Shown piece after piece: positions 17,569 through 25,651 of a DNA stretch of 64,000 nt. The position numbers and the translations under genes were made by a program. Location of the stretch: positions 34,054-98,053 of the forward strand of contig DJWS01000008.1 of the NCBI GenBank assembly GCA_002441585.1, written 5' to 3'. The first letter of the stretch is position 1, and each line of letters opens with the position of its first letter. The notes beneath the pieces are model-generated. The model was given only the letters and a program-made list of their open reading frames with translations. It had not been told where the DNA came from and did not search any database. The DNA is from Candidatus Saccharibacteria bacterium UBA6224. Its GTDB lineage: Bacteria > Patescibacteriota > Saccharimonadia > Saccharimonadales > UBA4665.

Positions 17569-17703
17569 TTAGGCGCGAGCATGCACATGACGTACAAAGC
17601 GCGAATGGAACCACCGCCCGAACGATGCGAGTAACGGCAGGCTGAGCCGTGAAGGCTCATAGTCAATATGCATGTTGGTATCGAGCGACAGTCTTGTTTT
17701 CAT
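17569..17703 (-). CDS. 44-aa small ORF upstream of the wHTH gene (below ORF-track cutoff)
   Basis: AAAGGAGGG lies 4 nt upstream of the ATG. Hand-translated as MKTRLSLDTNMHIDYEPSRLSLPLLASFGRWFHSRFVRHVHARA. Confidence 0.35.
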   Translation of the reverse strand: MKTRLSLDTNMHIDYEPSRLSLPLLASFGRWFHSRFVRHVHARA

Positions 17704-17896
17704 TGGACCCTCCTTTCTGTGCGATTTGATATCGTATCCGCACCTGACTCCGACTATATCGAGCGTTTCTTAGCCGTGCCTTAAAACGGTTGCGTTTATC
17801 GTAAAAGCTCTGAGCAGCTACGCCCTAGTAGCGGATATGCAATGCTCATAAATTCGCGAAAGGATGCCGATAGCCGAGGCTTGACTTGTCCCGAGC

Positions 17897-17905
17897 TGCT
17901 ATACT
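17897..17905 (+). promoter_or_regulatory. extended -10 TGCTATACT, 7 nt before ATG 17913 (leaderless arrangement)
   Basis: Motif and spacing read directly from the sequence. Confidence 0.5.
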
Positions 17906-17912
17906 AGCGTTT

Positions 17913-18770
17913 ATGTCAAAACGATTCATCCATACGTTATCTGTACTTAGTCTTGTAATAGCACTCGCCGGTAATGGTGTGGCGCTCGCAGCCAAGCCGG
18001 GTGGGGGTGGCAAGGGTCCGACAACGACCACGTTGGGCTATGATGTTTCCCATCCGCAATGTGGTACGCAGCTACCCTCCGGCCAAGCATTTGGAATTGT
18101 CGGCGTGAACGGAGGCACGGCTGCCAAACCAAGCCCTTGCCTGCCTGCGCAGCTGAACTGGGCCGCGACTTCCACGGGCAGTATCACCGCTCAAGCCAAA
18201 ACACAGCTGTACGTCAATACTGCAAATCCAGGACAGGTTATGGATCAGATGTCGACACCATGGCCGACCAGCAACAGCGGTGTCGTAACTAATCCTTATG
18301 GTACGTGCACTGGCGCTAACGATTCTGCTTGCTCATGGGAATACGGATGGGGGAGGGCTGACTACGCTGCCGATGAGGTATTTGTTCCTGCCGCGACATC
18401 AGCCGGTCTGGATGCGGACGTAAGTCATTATCTATGGTGGCTCGATGTTGAAACGGGTAACACCTGGCAAACTGGCACGGCTGACGCATACGCCAATAAT
18501 GTCGCGACACTCGAGGGAGAGTCCGCAAACTTTCAGTACCGAGGTGCTAAAGTAGGTCTTTATTCGACAGCCTATCAATGGGGTCAAATCACCGGCAATC
18601 TGGCTGGCCAGGGTGGCAACTTGATTGGGCTCGACAACTGGCGCCCGGGTGGTGCCAACCTAAGGACTGCCAAGCAGGCCTGCTCCGCCGATCCGTTGAC
18701 ACCAAATGGCCGGGTGGTGCTTACCCAATTTGTTTCTAAAAATCTCGACAACGACTATTCCTGTATCTAG
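17913..18770 (+). CDS. secreted lysozyme-like (GH25/DUF1906-like) protein
   Basis: Signal peptide. GYDVSHPQCG...FGIVGVNGG resembles the N-terminal strand motifs of GH25-type TIM barrels. The assignment is tentative. Confidence 0.45.
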   Translation: MSKRFIHTLSVLSLVIALAGNGVALAAKPGGGGKGPTTTTLGYDVSHPQCGTQLPSGQAFGIVGVNGGTAAKPSPCLPAQLNWAATSTGSITAQAKTQLYVNTANPGQVMDQMSTPWPTSNSGVVTNPYGTCTGANDSACSWEYGWGRADYAADEVFVPAATSAGLDADVSHYLWWLDVETGNTWQTGTADAYANNVATLEGESANFQYRGAKVGLYSTAYQWGQITGNLAGQGGNLIGLDNWRPGGANLRTAKQACSADPLTPNGRVVLTQFVSKNLDNDYSCI

Positions 18771-18800
18771 TACCAGACAAATGTCTGCTATGCTGGTGAC

Positions 18801-19529
18801 ATGAAAAGCGCTATCAGTATCAGTGGCTTGTCAGTTACGCTGGGGCGCAAATTCGAGGCCTTGCATGATGTGACGCTCGAGCTCCCCGAGGGGCGAATTA
18901 CTGGCTTGATTGGTCCGAGTGGGGCCGGCAAAACCACGCTCATGCGCGTTATTGTCGGAAGGCAAAAATTTAATTTGGGACAAGTCGAGATTCTAGGGCT
19001 TCCGGCCGGTTCGCCGGAGCTGCGACCACGTATGCGCTACATGACGCAAGAATTGTCGGTGTATGCCGATTTGACGCTCATGGAAAATCTGCGTTACTTT
19101 GCACGCATGTATGGCTACCATGGCCGAGCCGCCAAACAAGCTGCCACAGAGGCTATCGATAAGGTATCTCTGACTGGCAAGTCGGGTGTCCTGGTGTCTG
19201 ATTTATCCGGCGGCCAGAAGCAGCGTGTCTCGTTAGCTATCGCGTTGATAGGCCGTCCAGAGTTGCTAGTGCTGGATGAGCCGACAGTCGGTCTGGACCC
19301 GGTTCTGCGCGAGGAGCTATGGAGCTTATTCCGCGAACTTGCTGCCAATGGCGTGACCGTCGTCGTGTCGAGCCATGTCATGGATGAGGCCGAGCGCTGC
19401 GATGAACTAATATTGATTCGTGACAGTCGCATAGTCGCCCATGACACACCCGATGCGCTGCGTAAACGCACCGACTCGGATACCATAGAGCAAAGTTTCC
19501 TGAAGCTGGCAGGGGGCAAAGCGGTATGA
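18801..19529 (+). CDS. ABC transporter ATP-binding protein (ABC-2/DrrA type)
   Basis: Walker A GPSGAGKTT, signature LSGGQKQR, Walker B LLVLDEPT. Confidence 0.9.
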   Translation: MKSAISISGLSVTLGRKFEALHDVTLELPEGRITGLIGPSGAGKTTLMRVIVGRQKFNLGQVEILGLPAGSPELRPRMRYMTQELSVYADLTLMENLRYFARMYGYHGRAAKQAATEAIDKVSLTGKSGVLVSDLSGGQKQRVSLAIALIGRPELLVLDEPTVGLDPVLREELWSLFRELAANGVTVVVSSHVMDEAERCDELILIRDSRIVAHDTPDALRKRTDSDTIEQSFLKLAGGKAV

Positions 19530-20260
19530 GTATACGGCGAACCTTCGCTACGGCCCTCCGGGTATTGAATCAGCTACGGCATGATCCGCGCACCCTTGCG
19601 CTAGTACTGGTCGTGCCATGTGTCCTTATGTTCCTGCTGAAGTACATCTTCGACGGCAATCCGCTGATATTCAATGCCGTGGCGCCGATGCTACTAGGCA
19701 TATTCCCGTTGCTGATGATGTTCCTCATCACGTCCATAGCTACTCTTAGGGAGCGCAAGACCGGTACGCTGGATCGACTCATGACCATGCCTATCAGCAA
19801 GCTCGATTTCATATTCGGTTACGCCATAGCCTTTTCGGCGTTAGCTTTCGTACAGGCCAGTATCGTCAGTCTCGTGACGCTGGGCTGGTTGGGCGTGACT
19901 GTTCAGGGTGGCACAATATCGCTCCTCGTCGCGGCCGTGGCGGCAGCCCTGCTGGGCACAGCGCTGGGCTTGTTCGTCAGCGCGTTTGCGACCAGCGAAT
20001 TCCAGGCGGTTGAGCTGGTCATGCCCACCCTGATGCCCCAAATACTGGTCTGTGGGTTATTTGTGCCGCGCGAGCAGATGGCGACAGCCCTCGAAAAAAT
20101 TTCCGATTTTCTGCCCTTGACCTACAGCGTGGACGCCATGAGACAAATAACCATACATACTGGCTGGTCCAGCGATTTAACGTTTGATCTGGCGGTTGTA
20201 CTGGGCTGTACGGTGGTGGCATTGCTGCTTGGTTCGGTGACGATTCGACGGCAAACCTGA
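19526..20260 (+). CDS. ABC-2 type transporter permease
   Basis: Six hydrophobic helices; 4-nt overlap with the ATPase gene. Confidence 0.8.
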   Translation: MSIRRTFATALRVLNQLRHDPRTLALVLVVPCVLMFLLKYIFDGNPLIFNAVAPMLLGIFPLLMMFLITSIATLRERKTGTLDRLMTMPISKLDFIFGYAIAFSALAFVQASIVSLVTLGWLGVTVQGGTISLLVAAVAAALLGTALGLFVSAFATSEFQAVELVMPTLMPQILVCGLFVPREQMATALEKISDFLPLTYSVDAMRQITIHTGWSSDLTFDLAVVLGCTVVALLLGSVTIRRQT

Positions 20261-20439
20261 TGGATGACTCGGGCGAAACGGCGCTGCCATGCGACGATAA
20301 ATTGGCTTTTGATACGCAGCGCCAGGCGAGTGCTGCTGCGAATGTCGCCCAGTATCAGCACGGCGCCATTTTGCGTCCCTACCGCTGCCGGCACTGTTCG
20401 CTGTGGCATCTGACGACGAAAACCACAAATGATAGCTAG
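20260..20439 (+). CDS. 59-aa Cys-containing small protein (CxxC-WHL), coupled to permease stop (TGATG)
   Basis: Hand-translated as MDDSGETALPCDDKLAFDTQRQASAAANVAQYQHGAILRPYRCRHCSLWHLTTKTTNDS. One codon below the ORF-track threshold. Confidence 0.5.
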   Translation: MDDSGETALPCDDKLAFDTQRQASAAANVAQYQHGAILRPYRCRHCSLWHLTTKTTNDS

Positions 20440-20583
20440 TCAACTTGTGTCTACTGTGGTAGAGTAGTCATACTAGAAAAGCTGCTAATACCTTGTTTCA
20501 GGTTCTAGGTACTATAAATAAAGTGTTTCAGGAGCGCAGCTAACTGGTTTGCCAGTTTACTCCGAGAACAGTAGGAGATATAA

Positions 20584-20871
20584 ATGGCAATTAAACTTTT
20601 TGTTGGCTCCCTCTCATGGGGTGTGACAGACGACATGTTGAGCGACTTTTTCGCACAAGCAGGTACGGTCACCTCAGCCAAAGTCATCATGGACCGCGAC
20701 AGCGGCCGCAGCAAGGGCTTCGGTTTTGTTGAGATGAGCAGTGACGATGAGGCCAAGAAGGCTATCGACGAACTCAACGGCAAAGAGCTGGATGGCCGCG
20801 CCGTGAACGTCAGCGAAGCTCGTCCACGCGAAGAGCGTCCACGCCGCGATTTTGGCGCCAACCGCTACTAA
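20584..20871 (+). CDS. RRM-type RNA-binding protein
   Basis: RNP2 KLFVGSL and RNP1 KGFGFVEM. AGGAG lies upstream. Confidence 0.9.
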   Translation: MAIKLFVGSLSWGVTDDMLSDFFAQAGTVTSAKVIMDRDSGRSKGFGFVEMSSDDEAKKAIDELNGKELDGRAVNVSEARPREERPRRDFGANRY

Positions 20872-20892
20872 ATTGCAACTGAGCAAACCAAG

Positions 20893-20918
20893 AACCACCC
20901 GGCAACGGGTGGTTTTTA
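20893..20918 (+). terminator. terminator after the RRM gene
   Basis: ACCACCCG-GCAA-CGGGTGGT followed by TTTTT. Confidence 0.75.
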
Positions 20919-20968
20919 TTTGGCTGGTTTTCTTGACCCCGCCAGCCCCACAGCTTACGCTAATAAGG

Positions 20969-22267
20969 ATGAAGGAGCGCATCACCCAGGCCAAAGACCA
21001 GGCGAAAGAGTTAGCCGAAAAGACAGCCAGCAAGCTGGGTCTGATTCGTGGTGATCGGGAACTTGGGGCCGCCGATGTCGCGGCCGCCCGCGAATATATC
21101 CATAACTACTGGGCTAATCTGGAGCGCTTTCACCCTCGTGACGACGAAAGCTTGCTCGGCCTGCCCAAGCCCTACCTAGTGCCCAGCTTCGAGGAAAACG
21201 CCAGCTTCGACTACAACGAGCTCTACTACTGGGATAGCTATTTCATGGTCCAGGGACTCTATGATTCCGAGCATCGAGAGCTGGTTACGGGCATATTGGA
21301 GAATTTGCTCAGCCTGTTCCAGCGCTTCCGGGTGGTGCCCAACGCCTCTCGCACCTATCTGATGGGTCGATCACAACCGCCGTTCCTGTCTACGTTCATC
21401 TTTGAAGTCTACGAGCACTTTGATGCTGGTGATGAGTGGCTCAAGGATGCCATCGAGCTGGCCAAACAGGAATACGAAATTGTCTGGATGGGCACCAAGA
21501 AGCCGAACGACCGGTTGGTTTATCGCAAATTGAGCCGATACTACGACATCAATTACCTGCATGATCTGGCCGAAGCCGAAAGCGGCTGGGACATGACACC
21601 ACGCTTTAGCCGCAAAGCGCTCAACTATTTGCCAGTTGACCTAAATGCCTTGCTGTATAAATACGAGATGGACTTTTTCCGAGCGGCCGAGATATTTGGC
21701 GAAGCGGAAGAGGCGAAGCGCTGGCGCGCGGCTGCCGAAGAACGCAAACATACCATGAACGAACTGATGTGGGACAAGCTGCGCGGACTCTATTACGACT
21801 ACAATTTTGTCCGCCAAAAACGCGGCAACGTCAGTAGTCTGGCTGCATATTTCCCGATGTGGGCCGGTATGATCAGCCAGCGTCAGGCCGAATCGATGGT
21901 CCGGGCGCTGCACCGTTTCGAGAACAAGGGAGGCTTGGCCACCACTGACGCCTTGCCGATTGGGCAGTACATGCGCGGCAGCATGCCGACCCAGTGGGCC
22001 TACCCGAACGGCTGGGCGCCGCTGCAGTTCATCGTCATCCAGGCGCTCGAACGGTATGGCTACCACGAGGATGCTCGGCGCATTGCCCACAAGTGGCTCC
22101 GGGCCAACTTGGATTGGTTCAATGCCCATGGAGTGTTCTTGGAAAAATACAACGTCGCCTCGCCCGACAAGCCGCCAGTGAAGGGCGTGTATCCGTCACA
22201 AACCGGTTTCGGCTGGACCAATGCCATCTTCGAGCGGCTGTGCCAAGAATACATCGATAAACCGTAA
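20969..22267 (+). CDS. trehalase (GH37)
   Basis: YYWDSYF, QPPFLS, ESGWDMTPRF, GWAPLQ. Start moved to ATG 20969 because the track ORF N-terminus spans the upstream terminator. Confidence 0.85.
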   Translation: MKERITQAKDQAKELAEKTASKLGLIRGDRELGAADVAAAREYIHNYWANLERFHPRDDESLLGLPKPYLVPSFEENASFDYNELYYWDSYFMVQGLYDSEHRELVTGILENLLSLFQRFRVVPNASRTYLMGRSQPPFLSTFIFEVYEHFDAGDEWLKDAIELAKQEYEIVWMGTKKPNDRLVYRKLSRYYDINYLHDLAEAESGWDMTPRFSRKALNYLPVDLNALLYKYEMDFFRAAEIFGEAEEAKRWRAAAEERKHTMNELMWDKLRGLYYDYNFVRQKRGNVSSLAAYFPMWAGMISQRQAESMVRALHRFENKGGLATTDALPIGQYMRGSMPTQWAYPNGWAPLQFIVIQALERYGYHEDARRIAHKWLRANLDWFNAHGVFLEKYNVASPDKPPVKGVYPSQTGFGWTNAIFERLCQEYIDKP

Positions 22268-22298
22268 TTAACTCGTGCGACGCATCGCGGCCAACCGG

Positions 22299-22307
22299 TG
22301 GTATAAT
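22299..22307 (+). promoter_or_regulatory. extended -10 TGGTATAAT upstream of tRNA-Val
   Basis: Exact motif, ~140 nt before the tRNA. Confidence 0.4.
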
Positions 22308-22446
22308 TCGTTGAGTTACTGCAGTTTTCGAAATTATAGCCCAAGGAGCGTCAGCGACTGGGTAGAATTTTGAGAGGACGACCGTAGTTGCAAGTCGAAG
22401 CTTTTGGCAGATGCCAAAATGAGACAGTCAGCGTACGGAAGGACAA

Positions 22447-22523
22447 GGGGCTGTAGCTCAGCTGGCTAGAGCGCAGCATTCACATTGCTGAAGTCGGGGG
22501 TTCGAGTCCCTCCAGCCCCACCA
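22447..22523 (+). tRNA. tRNA-Val (anticodon CAC), CCA encoded
   Basis: Acceptor GGGGCUG/CAGCCCC, D arm GCUC/GAGC, anticodon stem CAGCA/UGCUG with loop UUCACAU, T arm GGGGG-UUCGAGU-CCCUC. Confidence 0.88.
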
Positions 22524-22544
22524 TTAACTGGTATACTTTTAGCT

Positions 22545-22595
22545 ATGAGCAATTTCGTAACCTCGAACATGCACATGATGCCCCCGCGGGCATAA
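22545..22595 (+). CDS. 16-codon mini-ORF MSNFVTSNMHMMPPRA, a diverged duplicate of the metG promoter/start (possible leader peptide)
   Basis: TGGTATACT (22529-22537) lies 7 nt before the ATG. The first 4 codons match metG. A hairpin ATGCCC-CCGC-GGGCAT (22578-22593) overlaps the stop. Confidence 0.3.
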   Translation: MSNFVTSNMHMMPPRA

Positions 22596-22647
22596 CTTCT
22601 CTTTGACCAACTTCTTTATTACGCACTAACCAGGTAGACTAAACACT

Positions 22648-24081
22648 ATGAGCAATTTTTATGTAACGACTTCTATTCCCTATGTTAACGGCGAACCGCA
22701 CGTCGGTCATGCGCTTGAATTTTTGCAGGCGGATGTTTTGGCCCGCTACGCCAGGCAGCGCGGTGCGCCGACAATTTTTAGCACCGGCAGCGATGAGCAC
22801 GGCACCAAAGTAGCCCAAACAGCCGAAAAACTCGGTAAGACGCCACGGGAATTCGTCGACGAGGTGAGTGCCAAATTCAAAGAACTATTGACTGACCTAA
22901 ATATCAGTAACGACCGCTTTATCCGCACCACCGACAAGGGTCACGAGCAGCGCTCGCAGCTCATCTGGAAAGCGCTGAAGGACGATATCTACAAGGCCAA
23001 ATACACCGGTTGGTACGATGTCAAGCAAGAAGAGTTCGTCTCCGAAAGTCAGGCCGATCCGGAGCGCAAAAAACCTGATCACCCACAGGCTTACCAAAAG
23101 ATCGAAGAGGAAAATTACTTCTTCAGACTCAGCAAATACACTGACCGGATTCGCGATGCCATCGAAAAGGGCGAGTTGAATATCCTGCCCGTGACCCGAC
23201 GTAACGAAACGCTGGCCCTACTTCGTGAAGGCCTCGAAGATATCAGTGTTTCGCGTCCAAAGGATAAGCTGTCGTGGGGCATACCGGTACCGGGGGACAA
23301 GACACAGGTCATGTATGTCTGGTTCGAGGCGTTGATGAACTACATAACCGTCCTAGGATATCCCGAGCACGACGACTTCAAGGACTATTGGCCGGCTAAC
23401 GTCCAGGTAATCGGCAAGGACATTTCCCGCTTTCACACGGCCATCTGGCCGGCAATGTTAATGGGGCTGGGTCAACCATTACCCAAGACCGTCTATGTCC
23501 ACGGCTTTATCACACTAAATGGTGAAAAGATGAGCAAAAGCATTGGTAATGTGGTGGCTCCTGCCGAAATCCTGGCTAAACACGGTGTCGACGCTTTCCG
23601 TTACTACTTCTTGCGCCACATCCCATCCTACGAAGACGGTGACTTTAGCTGGGAGCTGTTCGAGAACGCCTACAACAACGAGCTGGCCAACGAACTCGGC
23701 AACGCCGTTCAGCGAACTGTCGTCATGATCCAGAAATACCAAGGTGGGCTGATCGGTGATATCCCGCCCTCCGAACACGATATCGCCGGCTATAACGCCG
23801 CACTCGAAGCCTGCCAGTTCGACCGGGCTCTTGATGAAGTCTGGGAAAAGGTTCGCGGCCTAAACCAATATATCGACGAGGCGAAGCCCTGGCAGATTGC
23901 CAAAGACGGCGACGAGGAGCATCTGCGCGAGGTACTGGCCCAGCAGGCGAGCGATTTACTGCAGATAGCCGAACTGCTCGAGCCATTTTTGCCTGACACC
24001 TCAGCCAAGATACGGGGCATATTTAATGAGGGTATCGTCCGACCGACCGAGACCACACTATTTCCCAAGACGGAACAGTAA
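22648..24081 (+). CDS. metG: methionyl-tRNA synthetase (short form, no C-terminal EMAPII/Trbp domain)
   Basis: HIGH-type PYVNGEPHVGH, KMSKS, anticodon-binding helical domain. Confidence 0.92.
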   Translation: MSNFYVTTSIPYVNGEPHVGHALEFLQADVLARYARQRGAPTIFSTGSDEHGTKVAQTAEKLGKTPREFVDEVSAKFKELLTDLNISNDRFIRTTDKGHEQRSQLIWKALKDDIYKAKYTGWYDVKQEEFVSESQADPERKKPDHPQAYQKIEEENYFFRLSKYTDRIRDAIEKGELNILPVTRRNETLALLREGLEDISVSRPKDKLSWGIPVPGDKTQVMYVWFEALMNYITVLGYPEHDDFKDYWPANVQVIGKDISRFHTAIWPAMLMGLGQPLPKTVYVHGFITLNGEKMSKSIGNVVAPAEILAKHGVDAFRYYFLRHIPSYEDGDFSWELFENAYNNELANELGNAVQRTVVMIQKYQGGLIGDIPPSEHDIAGYNAALEACQFDRALDEVWEKVRGLNQYIDEAKPWQIAKDGDEEHLREVLAQQASDLLQIAELLEPFLPDTSAKIRGIFNEGIVRPTETTLFPKTEQ

Positions 24082-24091
24082 CGAGGTTGTC

Positions 24092-24910
24092 GTGGAGCTT
24101 TTCGATACGCATTGTCACATTCAATCTGCTGGGCTAGGTAAGGGCGAGCGGACTACGCGCGAGCTCTGGGCTAAGGACGATCACGTAACGATCAACGACT
24201 TGGTTGAACGTGCTCATGAGGCTGGCGTGACAAGGATGATGTGTGTCGGTTGCGATATTGCTGACAGTGAGTTGGCGATTGACTGCGCCAATGGCCGTGA
24301 CGGCCTGTTTGCATCCATTGGTATTCACCCGCACGAGGCGCAACACGTTGCCGGTAAACCGGAGCAAAAGCTGGCTTTCGCGGCTCTGGCCAATGCACCA
24401 AAGGTGGTAGCCGTCGGTGAATGTGGGCTCGACTATTACTACACTCATTCCCCGCGAGCGGCGCAACTGGAAATCCTGAAATTTCAGCTTGATCTAGCAT
24501 TAGAACACGGTTTGCCACTCATCTTCCACGTTCGTGAAGCATTTGATGACTTCTGGCAGCTATTCGACAACTATCCATCCGGTTCAATCAGGGGCGTCCT
24601 TCATAGCTTCACAGATTCGCTCGAAAATATGCAGCGGGCAGTAGCGAGCGGTCTGTACATAGGCGTCAACGGTATCGCGACCTTTGTTAAGGAAGAGGAA
24701 AAACGTGTGATGTATCGCACAATCCCACTCAACTCACTACTGTTAGAGACCGATGCCCCCTTCTTGACACCAACACCATACCGTGGTAATATCAACGAAC
24801 CAAAACACATACGCACTATTGCGGAATTTCTTGAATCGATTCGCAGCGAAAGCCAAAACGATATAGCCGAGGCAACCACCAGGAATGCCAGAGCACTCTT
24901 TAGTGTCTAA
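24092..24910 (+). CDS. tatD: TatD-family metal-dependent hydrolase
   Basis: ELFDTHCH, GECGLDY, HSF...D. GTG 24092 lies 5 nt after GAGG. The longer track ORF overlaps metG. Confidence 0.85.
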   Translation: MELFDTHCHIQSAGLGKGERTTRELWAKDDHVTINDLVERAHEAGVTRMMCVGCDIADSELAIDCANGRDGLFASIGIHPHEAQHVAGKPEQKLAFAALANAPKVVAVGECGLDYYYTHSPRAAQLEILKFQLDLALEHGLPLIFHVREAFDDFWQLFDNYPSGSIRGVLHSFTDSLENMQRAVASGLYIGVNGIATFVKEEEKRVMYRTIPLNSLLLETDAPFLTPTPYRGNINEPKHIRTIAEFLESIRSESQNDIAEATTRNARALFSV

Positions 24911-24931
24911 ACAGGTGAATTATTAGAGAAC

Positions 24932-25240
24932 ATGAGTAAATTAGCAGAATTTGCAGTAAATATGGGTCTGATTAAGTCGGAATACGTCACGACGCTTCCG
25001 CTCAAAGAGCAGTCTAACGACATCAAGACGCTGGCTCGTATGCCGGAGATGGCCCCTGTAGTTCAGGAGATGGCCCATCTAATTTTGCAAGCCGAAGCCA
25101 ACGTTGACGCCACCTGGACGCTATACAATCGCGAAAATCACGAGTTGACTGCCTATTTCCCCGATCCGGAACAGTCGGCGACTCCTCAGCAGCAACCGGC
25201 TGCTGAAGCAAATCCTTATTACGACAATCAGGCGGCCTAG
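24932..25240 (+). CDS. hypothetical protein
   Basis: ORF only; no motif recognised. Confidence 0.45.
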   Translation: MSKLAEFAVNMGLIKSEYVTTLPLKEQSNDIKTLARMPEMAPVVQEMAHLILQAEANVDATWTLYNRENHELTAYFPDPEQSATPQQQPAAEANPYYDNQAA

Positions 25241-25243
25241 ACC

Positions 25244-25618
25244 ATGAAGATTGCACGAGCCGTTTCCAAGCGATCGGGCGAGCAGAAGCGAATCAATGCT
25301 CATCGGGCACTTTTGCGCCACCTGGCGAAGCTAGGCGGTGGCGTGTTTGGACCGATTCCCGAAGGCGTGCGTCGAGAATTCTTCTGCCTGGATGAGTTTA
25401 CTTGGGTCTGGCACGAAGAGTGGACCGACCAAAACGGTGAGCGCCAGGCGCTGACCACCCGTTACGATGTACGCCCCACCGGCGTGCTGAAATCACAAGG
25501 CACGAACTCCTACCAGCACCTGAGCGCCGAAGAAGAGCGCAACTTCCGGGCAGCCGTCAAGCTGTATAGCGAGGGCGCTCGCGCTGAACTTGACCGACTA
25601 ATGCAGGCTTCGGCCTAA
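25244..25618 (+). CDS. hypothetical protein
   Basis: ORF starts 3 nt after the previous stop. No motif recognised. Confidence 0.45.
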   Translation: MKIARAVSKRSGEQKRINAHRALLRHLAKLGGGVFGPIPEGVRREFFCLDEFTWVWHEEWTDQNGERQALTTRYDVRPTGVLKSQGTNSYQHLSAEEERNFRAAVKLYSEGARAELDRLMQASA

Positions 25619-25636
25619 GCACTAGCGGCCATAGCT

Positions 25637-25645
25637 TGCTAAACT
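25637..25645 (+). promoter_or_regulatory. extended -10 TGCTAAACT, 6 nt before ATG 25652 (leaderless arrangement)
   Basis: Read directly from the sequence. Confidence 0.5.
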
Positions 25646-25651
25646 AGTATC

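Noticed and set aside
14091-18770. Genomic island integrated at ssrA. The genes downstream of tmRNA are accessory-like: Zn-ribbon, ArsR, a two-component system, wHTH and a secreted lysozyme-like protein.
   Set aside because: There is no integrase, and no repeat of the ssrA 3' end was seen by eye downstream. Composition is not visibly different. This cannot be fully excluded without a computed repeat search.
20122-20443. Minus-strand ORFs (95 and 88 aa) downstream of the ABC-2 permease
   Set aside because: They have no RBS and overlap the permease 3' end. The plus-strand 59-aa ORF coupled by TGATG is more plausible.
20852-20968. 39-codon N-terminal extension of the trehalase ORF
   Set aside because: It overlaps the RRM gene's 3' end and spans its Rho-independent terminator (20893-20918). 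ATG 20969 follows AAGGA.
22524-22647. T-box riboswitch upstream of metG
   Set aside because: The region is only ~120 nt. It has no specifier-loop architecture, no AGAGA/GNUGGNA-type conserved boxes and no T-box 14-mer.
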